DNA of 64,000 bases from a virus (IMGVR_UViG_2811995030_000001:1-64000); one strand, 5' to 3'. Positions 38,019 through 47,805 are shown, numbered from the stretch's first letter. Numbers and translations are program-made. Notes: generated from the letters alone by a model not told the origin.

Positions 38019-39803
38019 TTAATAATAAACGAATTCATCATCTTCATCATATTGCTCTTCAGTTTCTTCTTTTTCTAAGAACATGAATATGTAGTAAAGG
38101 GCATAGGCTAATGCAGAATATCTGTCTTTATCTATTTTCTTTTGTACTTGTTCAACAGTGATTGAAGTCTTAGTGGTTTTCAACTTTAAGTTTGAAACTT
38201 CATCAATTAAATATTGAGTATGCTTATAAGCTTGCTCTTCCTCAGTTGCACTTTCTGAAGAAGTGGACTTACCTTTAATATCATCAAACACTTTAAGCAT
38301 CTTTAATTTACCAGTTTCTACGTAATCAATGAACGCACGTATAATGTCTCCATTTATACCTTGAGCAGTTAAATCATAAATAATTCTAGGCGCATTAGGT
38401 ACGTCAGGTTTTTGTTCTGTATTAACTGTATCAAAACACCCTAATTCTTCATTAGTTTCGGGATCAGTAACGTCTTCTAACATTCTATCAATAAGTCCCT
38501 TACCAATTACGTTACCATCGACTACAATAGTTTTAACTCTTGATTTATTTAAATCTAAGCTTCCACCGTATTTATAAAACATACGTTTAACTAATATACT
38601 TTGCTCTTTAAAACTTAAGCCATTAGGTGGCTCTACGATATTAACTAATTGAATTTGTCTAATAACACCGCTATTACTTCTGACTATCTTTAAAACAACA
38701 ATCGCTGTTTTGTTATTACTTTGAGAATTACTACGTGCAACGTCAATTCCAAAGATATATTCATTCAGTTCAAAATTACCACGTTTATCCCTAGGGCACT
38801 CTAATTCAGGCTTGTTTAAGGTTCTTATTTTGAGTAATTTAGAAATATTAATTAATGCTCCATCTGTAGCTCCAACCCAACGAGATTCATAGTTCATTGC
38901 AAATGCAGTGGAAGAGGTTGTGGGATCTTTCTTTTTAGCTAAGATTTGAGTTCTTGTCTCTCCACGTCCAAAATGGCAGGGGAGTTCCCAACTAGCTCCT
39001 AAAACAATTTTCCCTTTAAGGTCAGCCATTTCATCCAACATATTAAGAATGCGGTTAAACTCATCCGATCCTCTATAGCCTGACGTTGTGAGGTAGTTAA
39101 TCATTCCATTTAGCTCATATGGATTTATAGTAGCTAAAGCACCAATTGTTCTTCGAGGTACGTTAACTACAGGCTCTAATACATCTTTAAACAATTCATT
39201 GTTTAGTAGAGCTGATTCTTCTACATTTAATCTTCTCCTACGTTGCCCTTTGGTAGATTGAGCATTGGCCAAAACAGTATAAGTTCCCCCAGAAGAGAAG
39301 ATGACTTCCACACTATCCTTAGTAAAACTTGGGCTTTTGGCTAACTCGTTTTTCATCAAAGGAAACCATTTCATAATCTCGTTGTGTTTTTCTTCACTGA
39401 TAGAAGCAGCGTTCTCACGAGTCTGAGCTGACATAGCTATTGTAATATCAGGAAACCATATACAAGTATGATAGATAGACATTAACTCAAGCATTGTTTT
39501 ACCAAATCCACGAGGGAACACTCCATAAGTACTAACAAAACGACTCATACAGCGTAAAAACACACGCTGATCTAAATCTAATCTCATTCCGCCTTTTTCG
39601 GGCTTTATAAGGTCATACCACAGGTCTGGGAACCAGCGCGACCATTGAACAAACTCTGTCCACTGGTCTAGATTTTTCTCGAATGAATCCATTTTATTTT
39701 CATTAGCTTGAACACTGGAGTTAAACGCAGGATTGTCATCCATTCGTGAACTCGCTTTTGTATATTTAAAATTATCACTGCGGAAGTTTTTTCCACTTGC
39801 CAT
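38019..39803 (-). CDS. terminase large subunit (SPbeta YonF-like)
   Basis: PRGFGKT Walker A, LNVEES Walker B, YLTTS motif, GIDVAR and KDRYSAL nuclease motifs. Confidence 0.92.
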   Translation of the reverse strand: MASGKNFRSDNFKYTKASSRMDDNPAFNSSVQANENKMDSFEKNLDQWTEFVQWSRWFPDLWYDLIKPEKGGMRLDLDQRVFLRCMSRFVSTYGVFPRGFGKTMLELMSIYHTCIWFPDITIAMSAQTRENAASISEEKHNEIMKWFPLMKNELAKSPSFTKDSVEVIFSSGGTYTVLANAQSTKGQRRRRLNVEESALLNNELFKDVLEPVVNVPRRTIGALATINPYELNGMINYLTTSGYRGSDEFNRILNMLDEMADLKGKIVLGASWELPCHFGRGETRTQILAKKKDPTTSSTAFAMNYESRWVGATDGALINISKLLKIRTLNKPELECPRDKRGNFELNEYIFGIDVARSNSQSNNKTAIVVLKIVRSNSGVIRQIQLVNIVEPPNGLSFKEQSILVKRMFYKYGGSLDLNKSRVKTIVVDGNVIGKGLIDRMLEDVTDPETNEELGCFDTVNTEQKPDVPNAPRIIYDLTAQGINGDIIRAFIDYVETGKLKMLKVFDDIKGKSTSSESATEEEQAYKHTQYLIDEVSNLKLKTTKTSITVEQVQKKIDKDRYSALAYALYYIFMFLEKEETEEQYDEDDEFVYY

Positions 39804-39805
39804 TA

Positions 39806-40735
39806 TTAATTATCCTCCCTCATAGAAGGATCGTTATCTAGTTCTTGTTTTTCATAATCAGCTCTTCGTTCTTCATAAAAATTGTAAATGTCTTTATAGT
39901 CCGCTTCAGGAAGTCCTTTTAAATCTCTTATATAATTTAAATAGCACCATAAAACAACATCTGGCTTATCTTTGGGTTGTGAGATAAATTTTGGAAGTAC
40001 AGGAATAATATCTTTTCTTTCTTCTACCATTCTTGCTAACTGGCCAAATCCATCTAAACCTTGTGATAAGTCAGCTTTACTCATTTGAGAAGGTTTTAAT
40101 TTTCCTGCTTCAGCAACATCTTTAGCCATTGAAGCCCAATCCTTAGCCTGCTTAAAATCTCCTTTAGCCTTAGCTAATGTTTCATAAACTTTGTTTACAC
40201 AGTATTCTCTCAAACACTCTTCGTGCATAGTTGTAACAAGTTGAAAACTTGGACGTAATTGCAAGAATTTCTTTTCAAACAGAAGATAGTCATCATCAGG
40301 ATAACCATACCCATATTTCTCTTTTAAGTCTTCAAGCTCTTTAGGAGAGATTTTCGAGTTAGAGTGTTTGTTATCTACATCTGAGTCTTCGTTACTGTTG
40401 TTATTGACAGTCTTACTAGGTTCAGGAATCTTACTATTGCTCCAGTTTGTACCTTCAAACTGTTTTAAAGAGTTGACCATTGTCATATAACGTTTGAATG
40501 TATCAATCTTACTAGCTTTAGCTTTATCCCAATAAAGAGGATCAAACATTACGTCTAGTTGTTGAAGTACTCTGTAGATAGTGCTCATATCCTCATAGTT
40601 AACCATTGATATTAAGCAGGCTTTACAGAAAGGAATCTTACCTAGTTCTTTATAAATTCCGCTCCTTGCATTGTAAAAGTTTTTCTCTCTGTTACGTTCA
40701 TTCTTACAGTTAATGCATTTTAAAGTTTCGCTCAT
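39806..40735 (-). CDS. Zn-finger protein, putative terminase small subunit
   Basis: CINC...PFCKAC; immediately upstream of the large terminase. Confidence 0.5.
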   Translation of the reverse strand: MSETLKCINCKNERNREKNFYNARSGIYKELGKIPFCKACLISMVNYEDMSTIYRVLQQLDVMFDPLYWDKAKASKIDTFKRYMTMVNSLKQFEGTNWSNSKIPEPSKTVNNNSNEDSDVDNKHSNSKISPKELEDLKEKYGYGYPDDDYLLFEKKFLQLRPSFQLVTTMHEECLREYCVNKVYETLAKAKGDFKQAKDWASMAKDVAEAGKLKPSQMSKADLSQGLDGFGQLARMVEERKDIIPVLPKFISQPKDKPDVVLWCYLNYIRDLKGLPEADYKDIYNFYEERRADYEKQELDNDPSMREDN

Positions 40736-40765
40736 CTATATATCACCGCCTTGAGTCTAAAAATG

Positions 40766-40796
40766 AAAAAGGAGACAGTCGCTTGACCGCCTCCTT
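40766..40796 (-). terminator. intrinsic terminator
   Basis: AAGGAGACAGTC-GCTT-GACCGCCTCCTT hairpin plus T run. Confidence 0.6.
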
Positions 40797-40858
40797 GGAA
40801 TAATATTTTCTATGCAACACTTAGGTTTTAAGTGCTGTTAACAAAATACTATTTAGTT

Positions 40859-41440
40859 TTATAATACTTTATCTACAATACCATGCTTAACTGCATCTTC
40901 TACACCAAAGAACCAATCTAATTTACCACGTTTAACTTTATCTAGCTGAGCCTTTTTAAGATTAGTTTTCTCTAGTAGAATATTGTCATACATTTTCTGT
41001 AAACGTTTATTTTCTTTAGTGATTTCTTCAATTTCTGTATTTTTACCTACGCCACCACTCGAAACTTCATGATACATAAAGTTACTGTATTTTCCTGCAA
41101 GACGTTCATGACATACAGAGAAAATCAAGAATCCCATTGACATTACGTAGCCGTCACAGATACCAATGACTTTTGTTTTGCTTCTTTCAATAGCCGAACA
41201 AATACCAAATCCATCATACACAACTCCACCGTAAGAGTTAATATAAATTTTAATTGGTTTGCGTTCTTCAACAGGAATATTAGCTTTTTCATCCTCAGTA
41301 TTGAAGCGTTCGATTTGCATAGCTACAGGCTCATATAGAAGGTAATCAACTCCGTCATTAAGTATAATCTTACGTTCTTTCAGGTCTTCTAAGTAAATTT
41401 TATCTTCAACATTAGTAATTTTCTCAGAATTGTAATCCAT
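40859..41440 (-). CDS. clpP: ClpP-family protease
   Basis: IYINSYGG.VYDG, MSMG (catalytic Ser), FMYHE (His) and DWFF..EDAVKHGIVDKV motifs. Confidence 0.85.
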   Translation of the reverse strand: MDYNSEKITNVEDKIYLEDLKERKIILNDGVDYLLYEPVAMQIERFNTEDEKANIPVEERKPIKIYINSYGGVVYDGFGICSAIERSKTKVIGICDGYVMSMGFLIFSVCHERLAGKYSNFMYHEVSSGGVGKNTEIEEITKENKRLQKMYDNILLEKTNLKKAQLDKVKRGKLDWFFGVEDAVKHGIVDKVL

Positions 41441-41480
41441 ATGTAACCTCCAATATTCTTATTTTATGTATTTTATTTTA

Positions 41481-42671
41481 TTAATTATGTAATTTAATAT
41501 CGTATGTAGCTAAGCGACCTTCATCTTCATCAAAGATAATTAATTTTTGAGCACATTTACTAGTTCTACGAATGTCTTTTGCAAATTCATCAACACCTGA
41601 GAAGCTGCGGTTGATAATAATCTCAACTCCATGATCCTCATTCTCTTCATGGTGATGATAGTGTCCCATAACAATATATTCTGCAAATGTTTTTGTCATT
41701 TGACTTATATCATGATTGACATTTTTAATCTTGTCTTTGTGTCCATGTACTCCGAAAATTGTATGGCCAAGAATATCTGTTACAATAATTTCATCGTCAT
41801 ATTTATTTTCCATGAAAGTAATATTCTTCACATGAGACAGTCTCAATTTCAAGAAGTGAGGAATGAAATCATTAAAACTTTCTTTTGCAATCTCATCTTT
41901 TTTATTAGCTGTGACTCTATCATGATTTCCTCTGACGTTGTATACTTTAACTTCTTCAAACTCATTACATAATTCTGCCAACACTTCTGAAAGAATATCA
42001 GAAACTTGAATTGTTTGTGTTACTGCGTCTTCAGTGTTGTTGATACGTGTAATCAGATGAATAAGACCGTTGATAAGGTCGCCTAAAAGGAACACATTCA
42101 TTACTTTAACCTTATGTAGTTGACTATGAGAAACCGTTCTAGTGATGAGCTTCTTCATTCTTCGCTTAAACTCTTCGTTATTGAAATCGTTCCAATAATT
42201 TTTTGCAAACATTCCATAATGAGTGTCGGAGATTAATAGCAAACCTTCTTTAGTAGAATCGTTAACAAAAGTTCGATCAACCCAAGATAGAGGCTTAGTG
42301 TGATTTAGCTTCTTAATTTCTTCAGTCGCTACTTCAAAGTATTCTTTCATTCGAGCTTCCACACGATTAGGTTTGAAATACTCTCGCTTTCTATCAGCAT
42401 ATCTAATCTTCATTTGCTCGAATTCAACAATTTTATCTTCAAGTTCTAATAGTTGCTCACTTACATCTGAATTATCAGTAGTGGCATCTTGATAGCCTTC
42501 AGAATAAAAACGCCAAAATTTACGAAACCAATCAGGGGATTTATTTTCTCCTGTTGCTTCAAACCAAAGGGGAGGGAGGTCTTTCCATCTTAAATCATAC
42601 AAGTCCTTATTTTTACATAAACGAATACGATACGCATCTACTGACTCATTTGATTTGATTTTATATTCCAT
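41481..42671 (-). CDS. calcineurin-like metallophosphoesterase (SPbeta YonJ-like)
   Basis: SDTHYG, LGDLING, GNHDR, HGH and GHYHH motifs. Confidence 0.85.
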   Translation of the reverse strand: MEYKIKSNESVDAYRIRLCKNKDLYDLRWKDLPPLWFEATGENKSPDWFRKFWRFYSEGYQDATTDNSDVSEQLLELEDKIVEFEQMKIRYADRKREYFKPNRVEARMKEYFEVATEEIKKLNHTKPLSWVDRTFVNDSTKEGLLLISDTHYGMFAKNYWNDFNNEEFKRRMKKLITRTVSHSQLHKVKVMNVFLLGDLINGLIHLITRINNTEDAVTQTIQVSDILSEVLAELCNEFEEVKVYNVRGNHDRVTANKKDEIAKESFNDFIPHFLKLRLSHVKNITFMENKYDDEIIVTDILGHTIFGVHGHKDKIKNVNHDISQMTKTFAEYIVMGHYHHHEENEDHGVEIIINRSFSGVDEFAKDIRRTSKCAQKLIIFDEDEGRLATYDIKLHN

Positions 42672-42683
42672 TCATTCACCTTC

Positions 42684-42881
42684 CTATTCTTCAACAGGGT
42701 CAATGTTTTCATCAACTTTAAAAGTGATTGAAACAGTGTGCCCATTATATTTTTGTAGAGTTTTCTCTAAGTCATAAACTGTTTCGCCTTCATCCTTCTT
42801 ATCAATAAACGTAACTGTCATTTCCTCAACATCTAATACACCTGTGAGATTTGAACTCATAGTATCTTGATTCTTTGCCAA
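42684..42881 (-). CDS. yonK: YonK-family protein
   Basis: 65 aa with GVLD..TVT...E..YDL...YNG..VSIT pattern, adjacent to the YonJ-like gene. Confidence 0.7.
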   Translation of the reverse strand: MAKNQDTMSSNLTGVLDVEEMTVTFIDKKDEGETVYDLEKTLQKYNGHTVSITFKVDENIDPVEE

Positions 42882-42937
42882 TCTACATTCCTCCTATAAT
42901 CTCTATAAAACTACTATTTCACTTGATTATTATGTAT

Positions 42938-43588
42938 TTACCAAGAAAGTTGGTCAGCGTGATTTGCTAATTCTCCTCTAAAGTTAACTGTAAGATTACA
43001 AACTTTAGCATAATCCTGATTCTCAAAGTGTTCTAAATAAGGGAGAAACCCACTTTTCTTAGGATCAGGTAAATCACATTGCATTTCATGACCAATTACA
43101 ACAACCTTCACCGAATTATGTATACGAGTCAGCACCTTCTTAAGTTCTCCACGAGTGAAATTTTGTGCTTCATCAATGATTACTAATTTATTTCCGTCAA
43201 TATTTGTTCCACGAGCAAACACATGTGACATGGCTTTAACCCAAGTGTTACCATTCTTCATGTTTTCGATATTTTCTTCAGACTCAATTACTCTAGATGG
43301 GTCTTCATTAATTTTTAATAAAGCATCACGAAGAGGGACAGTGTACTTCAACTCTTTTGCCTCAACTGTGCCAGGGGTGAAACCAAGTGCTTTTTCTTCT
43401 ACAGGAGAGAATATGTATACCAATTCACGTTGCATAATACTTGCACAAGCAACTGCAATAGTTGTTTTACCAGTTCCTGCTTTAGCATTCACAAATGTAA
43501 TCTGATTATCAAAAATAGAATCAGCGTATTCTTGTTGCTCATTAGTTAGTTTTAATCCGAAGAACATATTATCCTTTGGTAGTGGCAC
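42938..43588 (-). CDS. phoH: PhoH-family ATPase
   Basis: AKAGTGKT, FARGTN, IIDEAQN and GHEMQCD motifs. Confidence 0.9.
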   Translation of the reverse strand: MPLPKDNMFFGLKLTNEQQEYADSIFDNQITFVNAKAGTGKTTIAVACASIMQRELVYIFSPVEEKALGFTPGTVEAKELKYTVPLRDALLKINEDPSRVIESEENIENMKNGNTWVKAMSHVFARGTNIDGNKLVIIDEAQNFTRGELKKVLTRIHNSVKVVVIGHEMQCDLPDPKKSGFLPYLEHFENQDYAKVCNLTVNFRGELANHADQLSW

Positions 43589-43747
43589 TTAATCACCTCT
43601 TATGTAATTTAAATTATTTAGATAAAGGAGAGGTCTTTGTCAGGACTAAGCCCACTAAACTTCACCTTATCTACGTATGTAGTTATCATTGTTCAAATTT
43701 TAAATAAGATAGTACAGCTTTCCCTATACTATCCGTGTTGATTGAAT

Positions 43748-43860
43748 ATTAAATACTAGTAGGTGGGGCAGCTCCGTAACTTATCCGTTCGGTTTCCCAC
43801 ATCTCCCTGATTTATCGAAGAGGGCGATAGAAGCCTTTCTATCCTCTACTAGTATTTAAT
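43748..43860 (-). ncRNA. candidate multi-stem structured RNA (113 nt)
   Basis: Perfect 15-bp closing stem (43748-43762/43846-43860) enclosing three hairpins; GC-richer than surroundings; strand inferred from operon direction. Confidence 0.5.
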
Positions 43861-43982
43861 CTGGGCTATCTAGCCAATTCTTAAAATGTTACCGACTCAC
43901 ACAGAGTAATGTTAATGTGTCTTAATGTATCTTAATGACAACCTGAAATTTAAATGTGCTGTAATAGCAACTGGATTATAAT

Positions 43983-44261
43983 TTATTTACCTTTAACAGC
44001 TTCTTTAAGAGCTTTACCAGCTTTGAATTTTGGTGCTTTAGATGCTGGAATGTCAATTGCTTCCCCCGTAGAAGGATTATGACCTTTACGTGCTGCACGT
44101 TCAACTACTTCGAAGTTTCCAAATCCGATTAGTTTAACAGGTTGGCCTTCAACTAGAGCTTCTGTAATTGCTTCAAGTGTAGCTTCTACAACCTTACCTG
44201 CGTCCTTTTTAGTTAGTTCTGCTTTCTCTGCTACTACTGCAATTAAATCTGTTTTATTCAT
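43983..44261 (-). CDS. hup: histone-like DNA-binding protein HU
   Basis: MNKTDLI...[41 protein letters not shown]. Confidence 0.97.
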   Translation of the reverse strand: MNKTDLIAVVAEKAELTKKDAGKVVEATLEAITEALVEGQPVKLIGFGNFEVVERAARKGHNPSTGEAIDIPASKAPKFKAGKALKEAVKGK

Positions 44262-44435
44262 ATGTAAATTCCTCCGATATATTTTATTTTATTTATATTT
44301 TGAAACTTATGTATAAAAGAAAAGGGGAGAGGGATGCAATCTCTGTACCGCATAAATTAGCTTGCTTCCTTTACAGTCGGTTAACTTTTTTTATGAAATG
44401 TCTATAAACGTTGATATAACAGCGTTTTGGGTGCT

Positions 44436-45173
44436 TTAGTTAGGTAAAGAGTTTTCTTTCTTCTTTTTTCTACGCTGTTTTGCATAAAGAACCTTTACTT
44501 TTTGAGTTCTTTTTTCTGCGCATTTTTTACATCGAAGATGATTACTACCTCTAGCTCTAAACATCTTAGGACAGTCTTCACACTTCCTAAGTCGCTTATT
44601 GATATTTTTCGCACAAGGGAGACATGTTCCTCTTCTGATTCTGTATTTAGTTAAATGCTCACCGCATATAGAGCAGAGCTTTTCAGAAAAGTCATCTATA
44701 GGTCTGAAAATAAAGTCTTCTTTCTTGTAGTTCCAAAATGTATGATTCTCTTTGAAGCTTTTCTTTATTTTTGTTTCTGAGTATCCCGACCACTGACAAG
44801 CATCTTTAATAGAAGCAAACGCTTTACCATTGTCTATACACATACATTTTACTGCATTTCTTTTATTTAAAGCTCCTAATACATCACCCCCTTCAATCAT
44901 ATTATAATAATCCTCACTTTTGACCGCATCGAGAAACTCAATCCACTCACTTTCTTTTTTGTTTAGTTCTTCTAGAGAATAGCTGTAGTCAACAATATCT
45001 CTATGAAAGTTTTCCTTTCCATATTTCTTTATAGAATTTGCTAAGTATGTACCACTTCCTAAATACGATCTCCATCTTGATCCTGTGTCGAACTTTTTCT
45101 GACCTATATATCTCTTGCCGTTAATTAGATTTGTAGTTATGTAGATAAATCCATAAGGGTTTTTAACTTTCAT
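44436..45173 (-). CDS. GIY-YIG homing endonuclease, free-standing
   Basis: GFIYITTNLINGKRYIG, YLGSG and YN motifs; NUMOD-like F.SI..A segment; C-terminal Zn fingers; start overlaps the polymerase stop. Confidence 0.85.
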   Translation of the reverse strand: MKVKNPYGFIYITTNLINGKRYIGQKKFDTGSRWRSYLGSGTYLANSIKKYGKENFHRDIVDYSYSLEELNKKESEWIEFLDAVKSEDYYNMIEGGDVLGALNKRNAVKCMCIDNGKAFASIKDACQWSGYSETKIKKSFKENHTFWNYKKEDFIFRPIDDFSEKLCSICGEHLTKYRIRRGTCLPCAKNINKRLRKCEDCPKMFRARGSNHLRCKKCAEKRTQKVKVLYAKQRRKKKKENSLPN

Positions 45174-47761
45174 AAATTAGAAACCCTCTTCTTTCTAGAG
45201 TGAATGGCATTATTTTGATCTTTGCTTTTCTTCCTTGCTAAGTTGGTGCACTTTGTGCATAAGGTTTGTCTTTGCATAACCTTCATTTCTCTTTTGCCAC
45301 AAGTAACACATTGAATTGTTCCTGCTGTATTCTTTTGGATATTCTCCACCAACTCATCTCCAAAACATTCCCAAAGAGTTTTCTTGTTGTTGACATTCTT
45401 CATTCCATAAAGATATTGCACTAGCACATCTGCTACATATGTAGGGTTATCTTCAATAGAGAGAAGTGTATCTCGAATTACTTGATAGATGTAAACTTTA
45501 TCTTGGTTAGTTTTGGTCGATACAGTTCCCATCATCCATTTCTTATTTCGATGCATCTCATTATATGTATTAACAATAACTTCATCAATTTTAATCTTTT
45601 TATCACTCATCAAATATGTATAATCAAACTTTCCAGCTACTTTAGTAAAATGAATACGTTGTGTAGGAATTATATCATCTAATCTATTCACTAAACTACT
45701 GTTCTTTGGCTCAACTCGTTTTTCTTCTTTATCTTTAGCATAAATGAAGAAATGAGGGGCTTTGCTTTTATTAAAATCATTAATCTTATCCTGAATCTTC
45801 TTAGGTACTTCAGGCATGAACAATGTTTTAGCATAGTCAATCACAAAGTTATTGAGACAGGTGAGCACCTTAACGATCTTCAAGCTTTCCTCATTAATCT
45901 CTGTAGTGCTGTTGAAAATCTTAGTGATTCTGTTACTGATGTCACCGATGTTGGCCTTATAAGCTAAGATAAGACTGTCATAAATCTTCTGATTATCAAT
46001 GATAGAAGGATCAGCCTTGGCCATTTCATAATACAAAGGCTTAACATCAAATTTCTCAATTACTCTCTCAGCAACTCTAATCAGTGTTTCATCCTTGACT
46101 ACAAGTAGCTTATCTCCATCATTATCAAATTGCAAAATCTTAGAAATAGGGTCAAATACACTTGTATACACTGCATTAGTGCAAAACCATTCAGCTTTCT
46201 TTTCATCGATTACATTAGTGCGTATAGAGTGCTCAATATACAAGTGAGGGCTTCTTAACAGGTCTAACTTACCTTCCCCATACAAGTTACAATATACTTC
46301 ACCGTTATTGAGCAAGCCTTTAGGATGCTTATCACCTTTAAACAAATATTCACAGAAAGCATAAAGGTCAGGGGAGACGAACGTATACTTCCCGTTAATG
46401 TTTAACTTTCCAGCTTTAGCCTGCTTAATTACAGAGGCTTTTTTATCCTTAATGGCCTGACGTGCATGAGCATCACTCAATAATTCAGGGTAGAGGGAGA
46501 GGGCTTGCTGAAAACTATTCTTTCTTGGATTAGCTTCATCAGCCCCTAAGATACGCAACATTACATCTTTGTCTTTGCCAATCTTCTGTATATCTTGAAT
46601 AGTATCATCTGCAATTGCTAATAATTCCTCATCTGACATAGTTAATGTCTGTAACATCTGATAATTAAGCTTAGCATCAGGAATCAAAGTTTCTTCTTCA
46701 TTTAGTTTTGCAGCCTGACAATTATGTAATTTAAAATTGTTTTTATACTCTTCCCAACTGGAGTAATACTTCCACATCTTAAACTGAGACTTTGTAAAGA
46801 TAACTTGAATATCCTCTTTGATGATGTCATGCTCTTTTCCGTAAATGTCTTTTACTAAGATTTGACCATTCTCATCTTTAAACTCATCAGCCTTAAAGTT
46901 AAAAGGGACGAGTAGGCCTTTAACCCAAGGAAGTCTACACATAAAGGCTTTCTTATTATTTCTGTTAGCAATAATCATTCCACAACCATCTGTATGTTCA
47001 ATTGGAATCTTCATATCTGTAGGTGTGATTTTGAATTCATTCTTTGTGTCAATATAATCTACAGTTGCTTCAACTTCAGTTTCCATATCAGGGACAACAA
47101 TTGTCTTATCAATATTGAAACCTCTCCACTGGTCTGTGGCCGAGTTCGTGAGGGCGAGGTACGCTAAAAATTTATTTGTATTACAACCACCTTTTGCGTT
47201 GATCGCCTCTAAACTCAATCCACACGTTAATGATTCTTTATGTTTTTCCCACACACTCTCTTTAAAAAATACACTTTTTTTCTGTCTAATCTGACCAGCA
47301 GATGAGCTGAAATAGCGATAAAGCTCACCTTTGTAAATAAAACCATTAAGGATGATGTCTTTTAACACCTTAAAGTAGTAGGATTGCACAATAACAATAT
47401 CATCCGTTACTGTATTGGGTTTAATTTTCAAAGTGCGACTTAAAGCACTGTCGAATAATCCGACCTTGTTTGTGTCTTTCATTGCGTCTTCTCTGAGATA
47501 ACGAATTTCCGTATTTTTCTCTAACTCCATCTTAAGAATACCTTTTAAACGCTTTAAACGTTTGCTGAGGAGCTTCTTAATTCTTTCTAACTGTTCAAGT
47601 TTATGTTTGCTTTGTTTCTTGTCTTCAGCTAACTTATTAATCTCAGCCTGTAGATGGTAAGTTTGCAACTGAAGTATATGTATATTATGTTCTCTGCCGT
47701 CACGATAAAAACCCGATGTATCTACTGAATGCACATAAAACTGTTTGCTTAAACTTTTCAA
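45170..47761 (-). CDS. yonO: YonO-like single-subunit two-barrel RNA polymerase
   Basis: Catalytic FDNDGD, SSAGQIR, HTDGCGM, RLPWVKG and RSPHLY motifs; SPbeta synteny (HU downstream). Confidence 0.88.
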   Translation of the reverse strand: MKSLSKQFYVHSVDTSGFYRDGREHNIHILQLQTYHLQAEINKLAEDKKQSKHKLEQLERIKKLLSKRLKRLKGILKMELEKNTEIRYLREDAMKDTNKVGLFDSALSRTLKIKPNTVTDDIVIVQSYYFKVLKDIILNGFIYKGELYRYFSSSAGQIRQKKSVFFKESVWEKHKESLTCGLSLEAINAKGGCNTNKFLAYLALTNSATDQWRGFNIDKTIVVPDMETEVEATVDYIDTKNEFKITPTDMKIPIEHTDGCGMIIANRNNKKAFMCRLPWVKGLLVPFNFKADEFKDENGQILVKDIYGKEHDIIKEDIQVIFTKSQFKMWKYYSSWEEYKNNFKLHNCQAAKLNEEETLIPDAKLNYQMLQTLTMSDEELLAIADDTIQDIQKIGKDKDVMLRILGADEANPRKNSFQQALSLYPELLSDAHARQAIKDKKASVIKQAKAGKLNINGKYTFVSPDLYAFCEYLFKGDKHPKGLLNNGEVYCNLYGEGKLDLLRSPHLYIEHSIRTNVIDEKKAEWFCTNAVYTSVFDPISKILQFDNDGDKLLVVKDETLIRVAERVIEKFDVKPLYYEMAKADPSIIDNQKIYDSLILAYKANIGDISNRITKIFNSTTEINEESLKIVKVLTCLNNFVIDYAKTLFMPEVPKKIQDKINDFNKSKAPHFFIYAKDKEEKRVEPKNSSLVNRLDDIIPTQRIHFTKVAGKFDYTYLMSDKKIKIDEVIVNTYNEMHRNKKWMMGTVSTKTNQDKVYIYQVIRDTLLSIEDNPTYVADVLVQYLYGMKNVNNKKTLWECFGDELVENIQKNTAGTIQCVTCGKREMKVMQRQTLCTKCTNLARKKSKDQNNAIHSRKKRVSNL

Positions 47762-47805
47762 TTAACCACCTCTATGTATTTGATTTCGGTTATGTACTCT
47801 ATGTA

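Noticed and set aside
43748-43860. Cloverleaf as a tRNA gene
   Set aside because: 15-bp closing stem, no TTC(G/A)A T-loop in the right position, no canonical anticodon arm or CCA
38019-47761. Inteins in the terminase or RNA polymerase
   Set aside because: Lengths are ordinary and no C...HN intein boundary or LAGLIDADG motifs are visible
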